A DNA stretch of 64,000 nucleotides from Octopus sinensis (Eukaryota): the NCBI RefSeq assembly GCF_006345805.1, contig NC_043026.1, forward strand, positions 11,098,001 to 11,162,000, in the 5' to 3' direction. Below, one piece after another: positions 36,322 through 49,824 of the stretch. The notes below the pieces were generated by a model. It saw only the letters and a list, made by a program, of their open reading frames with translations. It searched no databases and was not told the DNA's origin. The first letter of the stretch is position 1. Every line of letters starts with the position of its first letter. A program made the position numbers and the translations under genes.

Positions 36322-36833
36322 CATTGGAGTACGGGATTCAAGCCTCTTCTCCTTATCTCTTCAAAGATATACAGCATCTCGAAAGAGTCCAGGAGCTGGC
36401 TACCCGCATGGTTCATGGTCTCAAAAATTTGTCCTATGAAGAAAGGCTGAGGACGCTCGACCTTTATTCTCTTGAAAAACGCCGCCGCCGTGGTGATCTC
36501 ATTCTCGCCCACATCATAAGCGGAAAGTGTAACCTCTCGAAAGAGCTGTTCTTCACTCCTGCTCCAGAGCGTCGGCTGCGGGGTCATTCCGAAAAGCTCT
36601 ACCTGCGACGATTTCATCTCAATCGAAGGAGAGGAGCTTTCTCCGTCCGGGTTGCGGATCCGTGGAACAAGCTGCCAGACGAGATGGTGAAGATGCCGAC
36701 GACCACTTTGTTCAAAGCCTCCCTTGACCTCAAGTGGCCTGAACTCTCTACATGAACACCACCCTGTACTTAACTCCATGTCCCCCTACATGGCCCTGCT
36801 ATTTGCTTTTGAGCCAAATTAACTAACTAACTA
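36322..36833 (+). mobile_element. CR1-clade LINE 3' fragment just inside the putative last exon of ZNF gene 2
   Basis: LEYGIQASSPYLFKDIQHLERVQ...; (TAAC)n tail. Confidence 0.9.
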
Positions 36834-37582
36834 ATTGCTGTGAAAGAATTGTTTCCATCAGATTGATCATCAATATTTATGAAGACTAAAAGGAGACATT
36901 TATCCAGATCATAAATAATTATGCTTTGATAAATCTGTTAGAATTACTGTGAAATGTTTCCTTTGGAACTGAGATTAATGGCAACATATCTCATCTTCAT
37001 TGTCTGAAATATGTACAATATGATTTTATATTCTGATTAACAACGGATATCATCAATTGATATTTCATGAGAGAACAGCAGATATCATCAGTTACCGTTT
37101 CCAAAGGTTTTGCATGGATACAGCCACCATCTAAAGAAAGGAATTACTTTCTGGCACTTATCAATAATTAGACTGGAAATTTTATTCTGCAAGAGACGAA
37201 CAATTATTATAAATTTTGTACTTATCTAAATTGAAAATAAGTATAAAAATTACCTTTAATAAAAGAGATTTTGAGGAATGGGGCCAGTTTGGCACACACA
37301 TGCAACCGTTTGCTGCCATTTAAGGGCTAAACTTGGACAAATTAAAAACGGATATATACAATCTCAAAATATTAATGTTTACAGTTGATGGAAACCTTCA
37401 GGCAGAAATATTTGTAAAGAATAAAATACACAAACCAAAACCAGAACAATATCTAAAATATTAGTGTTTACTGTTGATAGATACTGAAAGTCAGAAATAT
37501 TTGTAAGGAATAAATTACACAAACAAAACCCTGGAAAATTTCTAAATACTGCAGTGGAAAGAGAAAAGTCAAGGGAAAGAAC

Positions 37583-38950
37583 ATGTTGAAAGGAATACGA
37601 AAATCATCATATGACTGTGATTTCTGTGAAAAGTCCTTCTCCCTAAAACACTGCCTCACTTCTCACAAACGTATTCACACAGGAGAAAAACCATATCAGT
37701 GTGATATCTGTGGTAAATCATTCTCTCAGAATAGTAACTTGATTACACACAAATACATTCACACCGGGAAAAAACCATATCAGTGTGACATCTGTGGTAA
37801 ATCATTCTCTCAGAACGGTAGCGTAATTACACACAAACGTATTCACACAGGAGAGAAGCCATATCACTGTGATATCTGTGGTCAATCCTTCTCTCACAAC
37901 AGTAGCTTAATTACACACAAATACATTCACGGCGGAGAGAAGCCATACCAGTGTGATATCTGTGATCAATCATTTTCTCACAATTGTAGCTTGATTACAC
38001 ACAAACGTATTCACACAGGAGAGAAGCCATACCAGTGTGATATCTGTGGTCAATCATTCTCCCAGAATGGTAACTTAATTACGCACAAACGCGTTCACAC
38101 AGGAGAGAAGCCATGCCGTTGTCATGTTTGTGATAAAGCATTCTCTCGAAAGGATCTCCTGATTAAACACAAATGCATACTAGCAAAACAAACAGTATAT
38201 CATTGTGATATCTGTGGTGAATCATTCCCTGATAGCGATACCTTAACTATACATGAGCAAGTTCATTCAGGAGAGAAACCATATGACTGTGATATCTGTG
38301 GTAAATCGTTCTCTCAAAATAACGAATTAACCAAACACAAATGTATTCATACGAAAGAAAAGCCATACCATTGTGATATCTGTGGCAAATCATTCTTTCT
38401 GAATCGTAGCTTAGCTTCCCACAAACAAAGTCACACAAGAGAGAAACTATATCAGTGTAATGTCTGTGATAGTGCATTCTCTTTCAGTAGTAGTTTAATA
38501 AGGCACAAACGTGTTCATACAGGAGAGAAGCCATATCGCTGTGATATCTGTGGTAAATCTTTCTCTCAAAGTATTGTATTAACCAGGCACAAGCGAATTC
38601 ATACGGGAGAGAAGCCATATCATTGTGATGTCTGTGATAAATCATTCTCTCTAAATCTTAGCTTAACTTTCCACAAACGAAGTCACACAAGGGAGAAACC
38701 ATATCAGTGTGACATCTGTGATAAAGCGTTCTATAAAAGTACTGACTTGATAAGGCACAAACGTATTCATACAGGAGAAAAGCCATATGTGTGTGTTGTC
38801 TGTGGTAAGTCATTCTCTGATAGTGGTAACTTAAATAAGCACAAACGTATTCATACGGGAGAGAAGCCCTACCACTGTGATGTCTGCGGTAAAGGATTCC
38901 TTCAAACAGGTCATTTGACAACACATGTATCTACTCATATAGAAGTTTAA
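37583..38950 (+). CDS. C2H2 zinc-finger protein (gene 2), 16 finger units (unit 7 lacks the second His)
   Basis: 455-aa ORF with TGEKP linkers; AATAAA at 38986. Confidence 0.93.
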   Translation: MLKGIRKSSYDCDFCEKSFSLKHCLTSHKRIHTGEKPYQCDICGKSFSQNSNLITHKYIHTGKKPYQCDICGKSFSQNGSVITHKRIHTGEKPYHCDICGQSFSHNSSLITHKYIHGGEKPYQCDICDQSFSHNCSLITHKRIHTGEKPYQCDICGQSFSQNGNLITHKRVHTGEKPCRCHVCDKAFSRKDLLIKHKCILAKQTVYHCDICGESFPDSDTLTIHEQVHSGEKPYDCDICGKSFSQNNELTKHKCIHTKEKPYHCDICGKSFFLNRSLASHKQSHTREKLYQCNVCDSAFSFSSSLIRHKRVHTGEKPYRCDICGKSFSQSIVLTRHKRIHTGEKPYHCDVCDKSFSLNLSLTFHKRSHTREKPYQCDICDKAFYKSTDLIRHKRIHTGEKPYVCVVCGKSFSDSGNLNKHKRIHTGEKPYHCDVCGKGFLQTGHLTTHVSTHIEV

Positions 38951-39135
38951 CTGCATCAATTCCAAAGGCCATCGCAACGTACAACAATAAAAGTTTAAAA
39001 ATCACTTTGGTTCATAAATGTACAGGGTTAAGCAGTTTAAACTTTCTTGATGCTAAATATTTTTGTTACCCCTTGAGACAAACAGGGATACAGTGGACTT
39101 ATTCTAAATCTACAATCATCATCATCATCATCGTT

Positions 39136-39362
39136 TTACCCTTTAACATTTAAACCGGCCATATCCAGCCAAAAATATTCTACCTGTTTTATGTTCAAAC
39201 TGGCCAGATCTGGTCTCTCACACCAACCCTACAATATCGTTTTAAAAATTAACAGCTACCTCATCAAAATCTCATAGCTACAAGATAATGCATGATTAGT
39301 TTAAGGCAATGTGGATAAAAAAGGATTAATTTTGGCAGAATAATGCGAACACTAAAGGGTTA
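39136..39362 (+). mobile_element. piggyBac-type MITE (second family; reverse copy at about 43340-43566)
   Basis: accctttaacatttaaaccggcc...taaagggttaa. Confidence 0.7.
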
Positions 39363-39859
39363 ATGTCCGCTTTCCATGCTAGCAGGGGTTGGACAGTTCA
39401 ACTGGGGTCTGGGAAGCCAGAAGGCTGCACCAGGCCCAGTCTGATCTGGCAGTGTTTCTACAGCTGGATGCCCTTCCTAACGCCAACCACTCTGTGAGTG
39501 TAGTGAGTGCTTTTTACGTGCCACAGGCACAATATATTGCAATAATAATTATTTTTTCTACAATGGGCAGAAGGCCTGAAATCAGGTTGCAAAATTGTGT
39601 TAGTTGAACATCTACATGGGTACTCAACTGGTACTCTTTTATAACCTGAAAAGGGTGAAAGGATCAAAGCCAACATGTGCAAAAATTTGAACTGTGGACA
39701 TAAAAACAGATTGAATGCCACCAACCATTTTCTGTAACATTAATAATTCTGTCAGTTTACCAATTCATGCACATAAGGTTGAAGCCTCCTGATCGGAAGA
39801 AAAGATTACTCTTATTAGGCGTGGTCTAGTGTCTGAGGTTGAGTTCACTTGAAATCTTC

Positions 39860-40300
39860 CTACCCGCATGGTTCTTGGTCTCAAGCATTTGTCTTATGAA
39901 GAAAGGCTGAAGACGCTCGACCTTTATTCTCTAGAAAAACGACGCCGCCGTGGTGATCTCATTCTCGCTCATAACATCATAAGCGAAAAGTGTAACCTCT
40001 CGAAAGAGCTGTTCTTCACTCCTTCTCCAGAGCGTCGGCTGCGGGGTCACTCCGAAAAGCTCTATCTGCAACGATTTCATCTCAATCGAAGGAGAGGGGC
40101 TTTCTCCGTCCGGGTTGCGGATCCATGGAATAAGCTGCCAGATGAGATAGTGAAGATGCCGACGACCGCTCGGTTCAAAGTCTCTCTTGACCAGAAATGG
40201 CCTGAACTCTTTTGCATGAACACCACCCTGTACATAACTCCATGTCCCCATACATGGCCTTGCTTTTTGCTTTCTGAGCCAAAAAATTAACTTAACTTAA
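39860..40300 (+). mobile_element. CR1-clade LINE 3' fragment
   Basis: Same family as 36322 and 17483. Confidence 0.9.
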
Positions 40301-40800
40301 CATAATGATAATACATGAGTTGCATTCTGGCAGATAATGATATCTTTGTAATATTTGGTGTGATTAAAATTTGAATCTGAAATTAAGCATTAAGGAATAA
40401 AATGCATAGAATGTATATATTTTTTGTTTTATTTTATTACTTCCGCCTTAGCGAAGGCAGAGGTATTGTTTTCAGTTGTATTTGTTTGTTTGTTTGTCCA
40501 AGATATCTCAAGAACCACTGGATGGATTCAGATGAAACTTTCAGGGATGTTTGTCCCTGTGACTGGCACAAACTGATTTAGTTTATAAAAACAAGGAATT
40601 TGCATCATAGGCCACTGGGTGGTTTCAAACTGATTGGTATGGAAAGGTTAACCATAATTGCATAGACCAAAGAAGATGAATTTAAGTTTCTGGATATCTT
40701 TTACTTGTTTTTAGTCGTTGGGCTATGGTCATGCTGGAGCGCTGCTTTGAAGGGTTGAGCTGAACAAATCAACTCCAGTATTTTTTTTTTGTTTCCATGG

Positions 40801-41165
40801 TGCAGGAGTGGCTGTGTGGTAAGTAGCTTGCTAACCAACCACATGGTTCCGGATTCAGTCCCACTGCGTGGCATCTTGGGCAAGTGTCTTCTGCTATAGT
40901 CCCGGGCCGACCAATGCCTTGTGAGTTGATTTGGTAGACGGAAACTGAAAGAAGCCTGTCATATATATGTATATATATATGTTTGTGTGTCTGTGTTTGT
41001 CCCCCTAGCATTGCTTGACAACCGATACTGGTGTGTTTACGTCCCCGTCACTTAGCGGTTTGACAAAAGAGACCGATAGAATAAGTACTGGGCTTACAAA
41101 GAATAAGTCCCAGGGTCGACTTGCTCGACTAAAGGCGGTGCTCCAGCATGGCCGCAGTCAAATGA
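40801..41165 (+). mobile_element. SINE family A
   Basis: Homology to the other family A copies. Confidence 0.85.
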
Positions 41166-41399
41166 CGGATGGTGCTGTTAATGTGCCACTGACATGAGCA
41201 GCCAGTCAGGTGATACTGGCATTGACCCACGCTTGAATGGCACTTATTGCATCCCACCTGCACAGGTGCCAGTGAGGCAGCACTGGCATCAGCCACAACC
41301 ACGATTTTGATTTTCATGACTCAATAGGTCTTCTCAAGCACAGCACATCGCCCAATGATTCGAGGTTACTTTTAAATGGGTTGGTTATGCAACACTAAT

Positions 41400-41780
41400 A
41401 TCAGGCACAGCTATGGTCTCACTTTACATGGCGGTTCTTCTCAATCACAGCATAGCTCCAAAGGTTTTGGTCTCTTACCATTGCCTCTGCAAGGCCCAAC
41501 ATTCGAGGGTTGTGCTTCACCACCTCATCCCATGTCTTCCTGGGGCTACTACTTCCACTGTTAGGGTGTGACACTTCTTCACACAGCTGTCCTCATCCAT
41601 ACATAGCGCATGACCTTACCAGCACAGTCATCTCCCTTGCATGCCACATCTAATGCTTCTTATGGCTAACATTTCTCTCAAGGTACTTACACTGTCGTGT
41701 TTGCGTACTGACATTACACATCCAGCAGAGCATACTAGCTTCATTTCTTACCAGGCTTAATTTATCACATAGATATAGTT
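41400..41780 (-). mobile_element. Degraded RTE LINE 3' fragment
   Basis: Its reverse complement resembles 61620-61930. Confidence 0.65.
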
Positions 41781-42134
41781 CCTAGGTCTGCTGATTGTTC
41801 ATTGTAGGAATGTCAGTGCTGACAGCCATAAACGAGAGTATATCCACTGAGAGCTTTCTTGGTGCATTCAAAAGTCACACCCACTCACTTTTCTATAACA
41901 AGGTTAGGGCCTGGAATCTTCCTAACAGATGCATGATATGTCACTTAGTCGAATTAGCCCTTCATTTGCTCCACAAATCTTTCGTCATCAGTTCTGCACT
42001 TCTCTGTATCAAATGTTTCAATTTAACTGTACCATATATACCAACTAGGACATTTAAATCCCGAGCAACGCTGGGTATATCTGCTAGTATATATATTTTT
42101 TTTTCTCTGTCTTCCTTGAATCTTTCCTTTTGCT

Positions 42135-42172
42135 ATGTTTCTGACGAAGAGCTCCGCTCGAAACATTAAATC
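42135..42172 (+). ncRNA. Hammerhead motif in a solo copy (about 42100-42275) of the 44-45 kb array family
   Basis: AUGUUU-CUGACGA-A-GAGC-ucc-GCUC-GAA-ACAU-U-AAAU. Confidence 0.65.
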
Positions 42173-42423
42173 CCCCTTCTTTCTTTCCTTTCCTGAGCGT
42201 CCAATAACACTATACTCGTTCCACGTCCTCGCATTTTTCCTTTTGCTCTTTGTGTTTTCATGTTTGGATTAACTATATATATATATATATATGCTAGTAG
42301 GATTTTAACACTGGTGCAGGCTTCAGCCTGGCCGGCTTTTGTGGTACCATCCCACCCATGCTAGTATGGAACACGGACGTTAAATGATAATAATGATGAT
42401 GATGATCATTATCATCACCACCA

Positions 42424-42810
42424 GGGAGTGGCTGTGTGGTAAGTAGTTTGCTTACCAACCACATGGTTCCGGATTCATTCCCACTGCGTGACACCTTGGG
42501 CAAGTGTCATCTACTATAGCCTTGGGGCAACCAAAGCCTTGTGAGTGAATTTGGTAGATGGAAACTGAAAGAAGCCTATCTCATTTAAATGTGTATATGT
42601 ATGTATGTGCGTGTATATGTTTGTTCCCCCAACATTGCTTGTCAACCGATGGTGGTGTGTTTACATCCCAGTAACTTAGCGGTTCCGTAAAAGAGACTGA
42701 TAGAATAAGTACTAGGCTTACAAAGAATAAGTGCTGGGGTCGATTTACTCGACTAAAGGCGGTGCTCCAGCATGGCTGCAGTCAAATGACTGAAACAAGT
42801 AAAAGAGTAA
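42424..42810 (+). mobile_element. SINE family A
   Basis: Homology to the other family A copies. Confidence 0.8.
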
Positions 42811-44190
42811 TTTCATAAAAGTTAGGAAACTAACATTTATTTTGCTTTATTTGAAAAAAACGTCACCCCCAAGAAATCGATCACCACTTTTGACCCAAAT
42901 CACGCAAAATTCTAGGGAGGTTCATAACGCCTGCTCATGTCTTTACCAAACTTGGTGTGGTGACTCAGTGCAATGCAGAAATAGTATATCTGAAAGTTCA
43001 GCTTTCTAGTTGAAGTAGTTTCATAGTTATGGGCTTCTAAAATTATAATCACCAGTTGGCACTAGATTCACACTTCAGTAGTTCCTCTGCCTAAATCCTT
43101 GTAAATGCCAGAGAGATGTGGAATAAAAGTGTATTTATACATTTTTCAGATTACTGAATTGAAATTGCTCTATGCAAAGGTTCAAAACTAGGCTATTTTA
43201 AGACAGAGGCCACTACAAGCATTCGATAACACACAAGATTAAAAACAATACATATTTTTAACTTAATAGGTTTAATTCCAATTTTAAATAACTATAAGAA
43301 AAAGGGTGCTGAATGTTAAGAAATTTTTTAACAAAGGCTTAACTCTTTAGTGTTCGAATTATTCTGCCAAAATTAATGCTTTTTAATCCACATTGTTTTG
43401 AACTAATCATGCATTATCTTGTAGTTATGAGATTATGATGATGTAGCTGTTAATTTTTAAAATGATATTGCAGGGTTGGTATGAGAGACCAGATCTGGCC
43501 AGTTTGAACATAAAACAGGCAGAATATTTTTGGCCGGATATGGCCGGTTTAAATGCTAAAGGGTTAATATGCTTAATTAGAAGCTGAAGTTTCCCTTTTT
43601 TATAAATATCATAAAGATCTTGAAGGCACTCGATTGCCAGTTCTGCAATTTGATTTGTTTTGGGAGTTTCCAGTTTTGATGGTCCTCGATTTCAAGTTTT
43701 TTTTTTACAGAGTTCAATGCTTTTTTATGAACTTGCAGGCTATCACATAACTTCTGATAATCATGTGCAATGAACATTTGTTCAGTAAACCAAAAATCTG
43801 CTCAGCCCTAAGAGATGAATTGGCAAACATTGAGAAGCAAAACTCTTTTCTCTGGTAGGAGAATAAATGCCAAAAGAGCTAGTATTGCTTGAGAATTTCT
43901 TCTTGCGTTACTAAAGTTGGGTATTTTTTTAAACTTTACAGTAGGAAATTTTCCAGTTTCTTCAAAGAAATGAAAAACTCTGGTCAAATGGAATAGAAAT
44001 TTCATGTCATCTCACCATCCCGCTGATTCAGTAATCTTTTCTTCACTGTTGTGAAGTATCAAGCTTGAAGTGTGATGTGACATTGTGTGGAGATATAATC
44101 ATTGAATCCAAAGACATGTGAGGATTGAATAGAAGTGATTCATTGATACTTTATTGGACAATAAATGTCAGCCATCAGTGGTGCAGTATA

Positions 44191-45380
44191 AAGTTAATCC
44201 AAACATGAAAGCACAAAAAAAACACAACAACACGAGGATGTGGAACAAATATAGTATTATTGGACGCTCAGAAAAGAAGGAGGGTTTAACGTTTCGAGCG
44301 GAGCTCTTCATCGGAAACATAGGAGAAGGGAAGACAGAGGAAAAAAAATCACCAACGGTACACACACGGTCACATATACACACACGAGGTCAAGCACAAA
44401 AAAACACAACAACACGAGGACGTACACACGAGGTCAAGCACAAAAAAACACAACGTGAGGACATGGAACAAATATAGTATTATTGGACGCTAAGGAAAGA
44501 AGGAGGGCTTAACGTTTCGAGCAAAGCTCTTTGTCGGAAACATAGGAGAAGGAAAGATCCAGAGAAGGGAAGACAGAGGGTAAAAAATCGCCAACGGTAC
44601 ACACGAGGTCAAGCACAAAAAAACACAACAACGCGAGGACGTGGAACAAATATAGTATTATTGGACGCTAAGGAAAGAAGGAGGGTTTAACGTTTCGAGC
44701 GGAGCTCTTCATCGGAAACATAGGAGAAGGGAAGACAGAGGAAAAAAAATCACCAACGGTACACACACGGTCACATATACACACACGAGGTCAAGCACAA
44801 AAAAACACAACAACACGAGGACGTACACACGAGGTCAAGCACAAAAAAACACAACGTGAGGACATGGAACAAATATAGTATTATTGGACGCTAAGGAAAG
44901 AAGGAGGGCTTAACGTTTCGAGCAAAGCTCTTTGTCGGAAACATAGGAGAAGGAAAGATCCAGAGAAGGGAAGACAGAGGGTAAAAAATCGCCAACGGTA
45001 CACACGAGGTCAAGCACAAAAAAACACAACAACGCGAGGACGTGGAACAAATATAGTATTATTGGACGCTAAGGAAAGAAGGAGGGTTTAATGTTTCGAG
45101 CGGAGCTCTTCATCAGAAACATAGGAGAAGGAAAGATCCTGAGAAGGGAAGACAGAGGGAAAAAAATCACCAACGGTACACACGAGGTCACATATACACA
45201 CACAAGATCAAGCACAAAAAAACACAACAACACGAGGACGTGGAACAAATATAGTATTATTGGACGCTAAGGAAAGAAGGAGGGCTTAACGTTTTGAGCG
45301 GAGCTCTTTGTCGGAAACATAGAAGGAAAGACAGAGGGAAAAAAAATCACCAACGGTACACACGAGGTCACATTTTGAAA
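44191..45380 (-). mobile_element. Six-unit hammerhead-bearing concatemer (retrozyme or Penelope pLTR-like) flanked by an 11-bp TSD
   Basis: Motifs start at about 44284, 44507, 44685, 44908, 45086 and 45284; GGTGCAGTATA at 44180-44190 and 45381-45391. Confidence 0.8.
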
Positions 45381-45774
45381 GGTGCAGTATAGGTACATAC
45401 TGAAACTAAAACTAGATATTAAAGCATAAATAATGATGGAGGAAGTACTAAAGCAGTGAACTGTCAGAACTATGAGCATGTCAAACAAAATGCAGAGTGG
45501 TACCTCATCCTGATTTATATTCTGGGTTCCAATCCTGCCAAGGTCAAATTTGCATTTCATTCCTCCAGGGTCAATAAAATAAGAAACAGCTGAGTACTGG
45601 GGTCAATGTTCTATTACTCATTTATTACTGATTCATTCAACACAATGGTTTTAGGGGAAGAAATCACCCTTCGTAAACAAGGATAAATGAACCTAATTTG
45701 TACAATTCTCTGATATTTGAACTCATAGTTAATATCATATCAAAGTTGTTATACTTTTTAAATTGATTGATGTT

Positions 45775-46110
45775 CTCTCTTTTTACTTGTTTCAGTCATT
45801 TGACTGCGGCCATGCTGGAGCACCACCTTTAGTCGAGCAAATCGACCCCGGGACTTATTCTTTGTAAGCCCAGTACTTATTCTTATCTCTTTTGCTGAAC
45901 CGCCAAGTGACGGGGACGTAAACATACCAGCATCGGTCGTCAAGCAATGCTAGGGGGACAAACAGACGCACAAACATACACACACATGCATATATATATA
46001 TATACATATATACGACAGGCTTCTTTCAGTTTCCGTCTACCAAATCCACTCACAAGGCATTGGTCGGCCCGGGGCTATAGCAGAAGACACTTGCCCAAGA
46101 TGCCACGCAG
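45775..46110 (-). mobile_element. SINE family A (5' part replaced by the family B array)
   Basis: Homology to the other family A copies. Confidence 0.8.
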
Positions 46111-47117
46111 TCGACCTCGGCGGAATTTGAACTCAGAATGTAACGGCAGACGAAATACCTATTTCTTTACTACCCACAAGGGGCTAAACACAGAGAGGAC
46201 AAACAAGGACAGACAAATGGATTAAGTCGATTATATCAATCCCAGTGCGTAACTGGTACTTATTTACTCAAACCCGAAAGGATGAAAGGCAAAGTCGACC
46301 TCGGCGGAATTTGAACTCAGAACGTAGCGGCAGACGAAATACCTATTTCTTTACTACCCACAAGGGGCTAAACATAGTGGGGACAAACAAGGACAGACAA
46401 ACGGATTAAGTCGATTATATCGACCCCAGTGCGTAACTGGTACTTATTTACTCAAACCCGAAAGGATGAAAGGCAAAGTCGACCTCGGCGGCATTTGAAC
46501 TCAGAACGTAGCAGCAGACGAAATACCTATTTCTTTACTACCCACAAGGGGGTAAACATAGAGGGGACAAACAAGGACAGACAAACGGATTAAGTCGATT
46601 ATATTGACCCCAGTGCGTAACTGGTACTTAATTTATCGACCCCAAAAGGATGAAAGTCAAAGTCGACCTCGGCGGAATTTGAACTCAGAGACCGTAACGG
46701 CAGATGAAATACCTATTTCTTTACTACCCACAAGGGGCTAAACACAGAGAAGACAAACAAGGACAGACAAACGGATTAAGTCGATTATATCGACCCCAGT
46801 GCGTAACTGGTACTTAATTTATCGACCGCAAAAGGATGAAAGGCAAAGTCGACCTCGGCGGAATTTGAACTCAGAACACTTAACGGCAGATGAAATACTT
46901 ATTTCTTTACTACCCACAAGGGGCTAAACACAGAGAGGACAAATGGATTAAGTCGATTATATCGACCCCAGTGCGTAACTGGTACTTTATTTATCGACCC
47001 TGAAAGGATGAAAGGCAAAGTCAACCTCGGCGGAATTTGAACTCAGAACACAGCGGCAGATGAAATACCGCTAAGCATTTTGCCCGGCGTGCTAACGTTT
47101 CTGCCAGCTCGCCACCT
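46110..47117 (-). mobile_element. Family B SINE with five tandem tail repeats of about 185 bp
   Basis: Junction gaaatac(c/t)tatttcttt at about 46156, 46340, 46524, 46710 and 46896. Confidence 0.85.
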
Positions 47118-47328
47118 TAACATTTCATTCTGTCGATTTTCTAATGTTCACATTCACAAAACACATGCATATGTCTATGTGCTACAAATTTATCTGGGTG
47201 TTTCTTCATTTGCCATTTTCATATCAGTCAGAAGCAAATTAATTCCAGAAATGCTCACCCAGGACAGCACAGCAAGCAAGCTTGATAGGAAACGTGCAAT
47301 TATATTTATGCAAGCACTACTTCAATGT

Positions 47329-48501
47329 TCAAACTTTAGAACTTCTGGACGCTTTGTGACATGATTTCCCTCCAGTGTGAATGTATTTGTGTCTGGTTAG
47401 GTTAATTCGTACAGAGAAGGATTTACCACAGATATCACAATGATATGGCTTCTCTCCTGTATGAATGCGTCTATGTGTAGTCAAGCTGGCTGTATGAGAG
47501 AATGATTTGTTACAGATATCGCAATTATAAGGCTTCTCTCCGGTATGAATTCGCTTGTGTTTAGTCAAATCATGATTTTGAGTGAACGATTTACCACAGA
47601 CATCACATTGATATGGTTTCTCTCCAGTATGAATTCGCTTGTGTTTGGTTAGATGAGGGCTTTGCGAGAATGATTTACCGCAGACACCACAGTTGTACGG
47701 CTTATCTCCCGTATGAATGCGTTTGTGTTTGGTTAGGTGGTCGTTTTGAGAGAATGATTTACCACAGATGTCACAAGTATATGGCCTCTCCCCTGTATGA
47801 ACGCGCTTGTGTGCTGTTAGGTGATGAGTCTGTGAGAATGATTTACCACAGATATCACAGTTACATGACCTCTCACCTGTATGAATGCGCTTGTGTGCTG
47901 TTAGCTGGTCATTTTGAGAGAATGATTTACCACAGACATCACAGTCATATGGCTTCTCAACTGCATGAATACGTTTGTGTTTAGTTAAATCACCATTTTG
48001 AGAGAATGATTTACCGCATATACCACAACCATATGGTTTCTCTCCAGTATGGATGCGTTTGTGGGTAGTTAAGTGTCCTCTTTGAGAGAATGATGTACCA
48101 CAAATGTCACAGGGAAATGGTTTCTCTCCTGTATGAATGTATTTGTGAGTAGTTAAGCTGTTTTTGCAAGAGAATGATTTACTACAGACGTCACAATGAT
48201 ATGGTTTCTCTCCTGTATGAATTCGTTTGTGTGCAGTTAGGTGACTGCTATCAGAGAATGATTTACCACAGACGTCACACCGATATGGTTTCTCTCCTGT
48301 ATGAATTCGTTTGTGTCTGGTTAATTTACATCCTACAGAGAATGATTTACCACAGATAATACAGTGATATAGCTTCTCTCCTGTATGAATACGTTTGTGA
48401 ACTCTGAGCTGACCTTTTTGAGAAAAGGACTTTCCACAGATATCACAGTGGTATGATGCATTTTCTATATCTTTGGACAGCTCATCAGTAAAATCAGTCA
48501 T
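47329..48501 (-). CDS. C2H2 zinc-finger protein (gene 3), 13 fingers
   Basis: 390-aa ORF from an ATG, with TGEKP linkers. Confidence 0.93.
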   Translation of the reverse strand: MTDFTDELSKDIENASYHCDICGKSFSQKGQLRVHKRIHTGEKLYHCIICGKSFSVGCKLTRHKRIHTGEKPYRCDVCGKSFSDSSHLTAHKRIHTGEKPYHCDVCSKSFSCKNSLTTHKYIHTGEKPFPCDICGTSFSQRGHLTTHKRIHTGEKPYGCGICGKSFSQNGDLTKHKRIHAVEKPYDCDVCGKSFSQNDQLTAHKRIHTGERSCNCDICGKSFSQTHHLTAHKRVHTGERPYTCDICGKSFSQNDHLTKHKRIHTGDKPYNCGVCGKSFSQSPHLTKHKRIHTGEKPYQCDVCGKSFTQNHDLTKHKRIHTGEKPYNCDICNKSFSHTASLTTHRRIHTGEKPYHCDICGKSFSVRINLTRHKYIHTGGKSCHKASRSSKV

Positions 48502-49268
48502 TTTCTATAACTTTCCTTCCCTAACAACAGTCTCTTATTTCAGTCACTGGAGTGTGGCCACGCTGGGGCACTGCTTTGCACAGTTTTTATGAAACAGACT
48601 GACCCCAGTACCCATTCTATCAATTTATTTTGCCACAAAGCAAATTTACATGTAAGAAACAGGCCAACAACGGTTATCAAACCCTGAGGAATAAATACAT
48701 ATATAGTGGTTGGCGTTAGGAAGGGTATCCAGCCATAGAAACACTGCCAAATCTGACTGGGCCTGATGAAGCTTTCCGGCTTCACAGACCCCAGTTAAAC
48801 CGTCCAACCCATGCTAGCATGGAAAACGGACGCTAAATGATGATGATGATGATGATGATAGATATCAATATTTCAGACTTCTACTCAGCTTTCACCCGTC
48901 AAATTTAACCACAAGGTACTGTGGTCCCAGAGCTATAGTAGAAGTGACTTGCCCAAGGTGCTGTGCAGTGGGACTGAACCTGAAATTACATAGTTGCAGA
49001 GCAAGCTTTTTAACTACACAGCTATATCCGCAATAAATGTTTTTTTCTTTTTGAGTTTATTCCATACAAAGCCTTTCTTTTGCCATAGTTCTATGGACTT
49101 TGGTCTGAAACTGTTGCAAATAATTTTGTCATAAAAAATTTGATGAAAAAATAAAATTATCTTGTACACATTCTTAACATTAATAGTAAAGGATAAGCAA
49201 TCCCAAAGAGAATCTTTCACAGCGATTTTCCCTTTGACTTATGTAAGCAGGGTTGTATGTGTTCTGTA

Positions 49269-49609
49269 GTGAAGGCGCATGACTCAGTAGTTAGAGAGTC
49301 GAGTTTATGATCGTGAGGTTGTGAGCTCGAATCCCAGACCGGGCTGCGTGTTGTGTTCTTGAGCAAGACACTTTATTTCACGTTGCTCCAGTTAACTCAG
49401 CTGCAGAAATGAGTTGCGACGTCACAGGTGCCAAGCTGTATCGGCCCCTTTGCCTTTCTCTTGGATAACACTGGTGGCGTGGAGAGGGGAGGCTGGTATG
49501 CATGGGCGACTGCTGGTCTTCCATAAACAACCTTGCCTAGACTTGTAACTAGGAGGGTAACTTTCTAGGTGCAATCCCATGGTCAGTGTCGTGACCGAAG
49601 GGGGTCCTG
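49269..49609 (+). mobile_element. tRNA-derived SINE family D with a 12-bp TSD
   Basis: atgtgttctgta at 49257-49268 and 49610-49621. Confidence 0.85.
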
Positions 49610-49824
49610 ATGTGTTCTGTATAAATACACATTCGTTATTTAATAGATATCAAATATCGTTGATGCATCCAAGGTAAAGTAAATCCTTTAATTCCAGTCC
49701 CATCTGGTATTCTGAAATAACAGAGAAACAGTATACATATTACTGTTAGATCAATTTTCATTGCTGCACATATACATCATAGAATTGAAATTTCAACAAA
49801 TTCTGAAGCTAAAATATACAGTAT

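Noticed and set aside
47613-48359. Antisense ORFs over the ZNF genes (also 28767-28985, 29689-30065 and 38247-38924)
   Set aside because: Shadows of the 84-bp finger periodicity.
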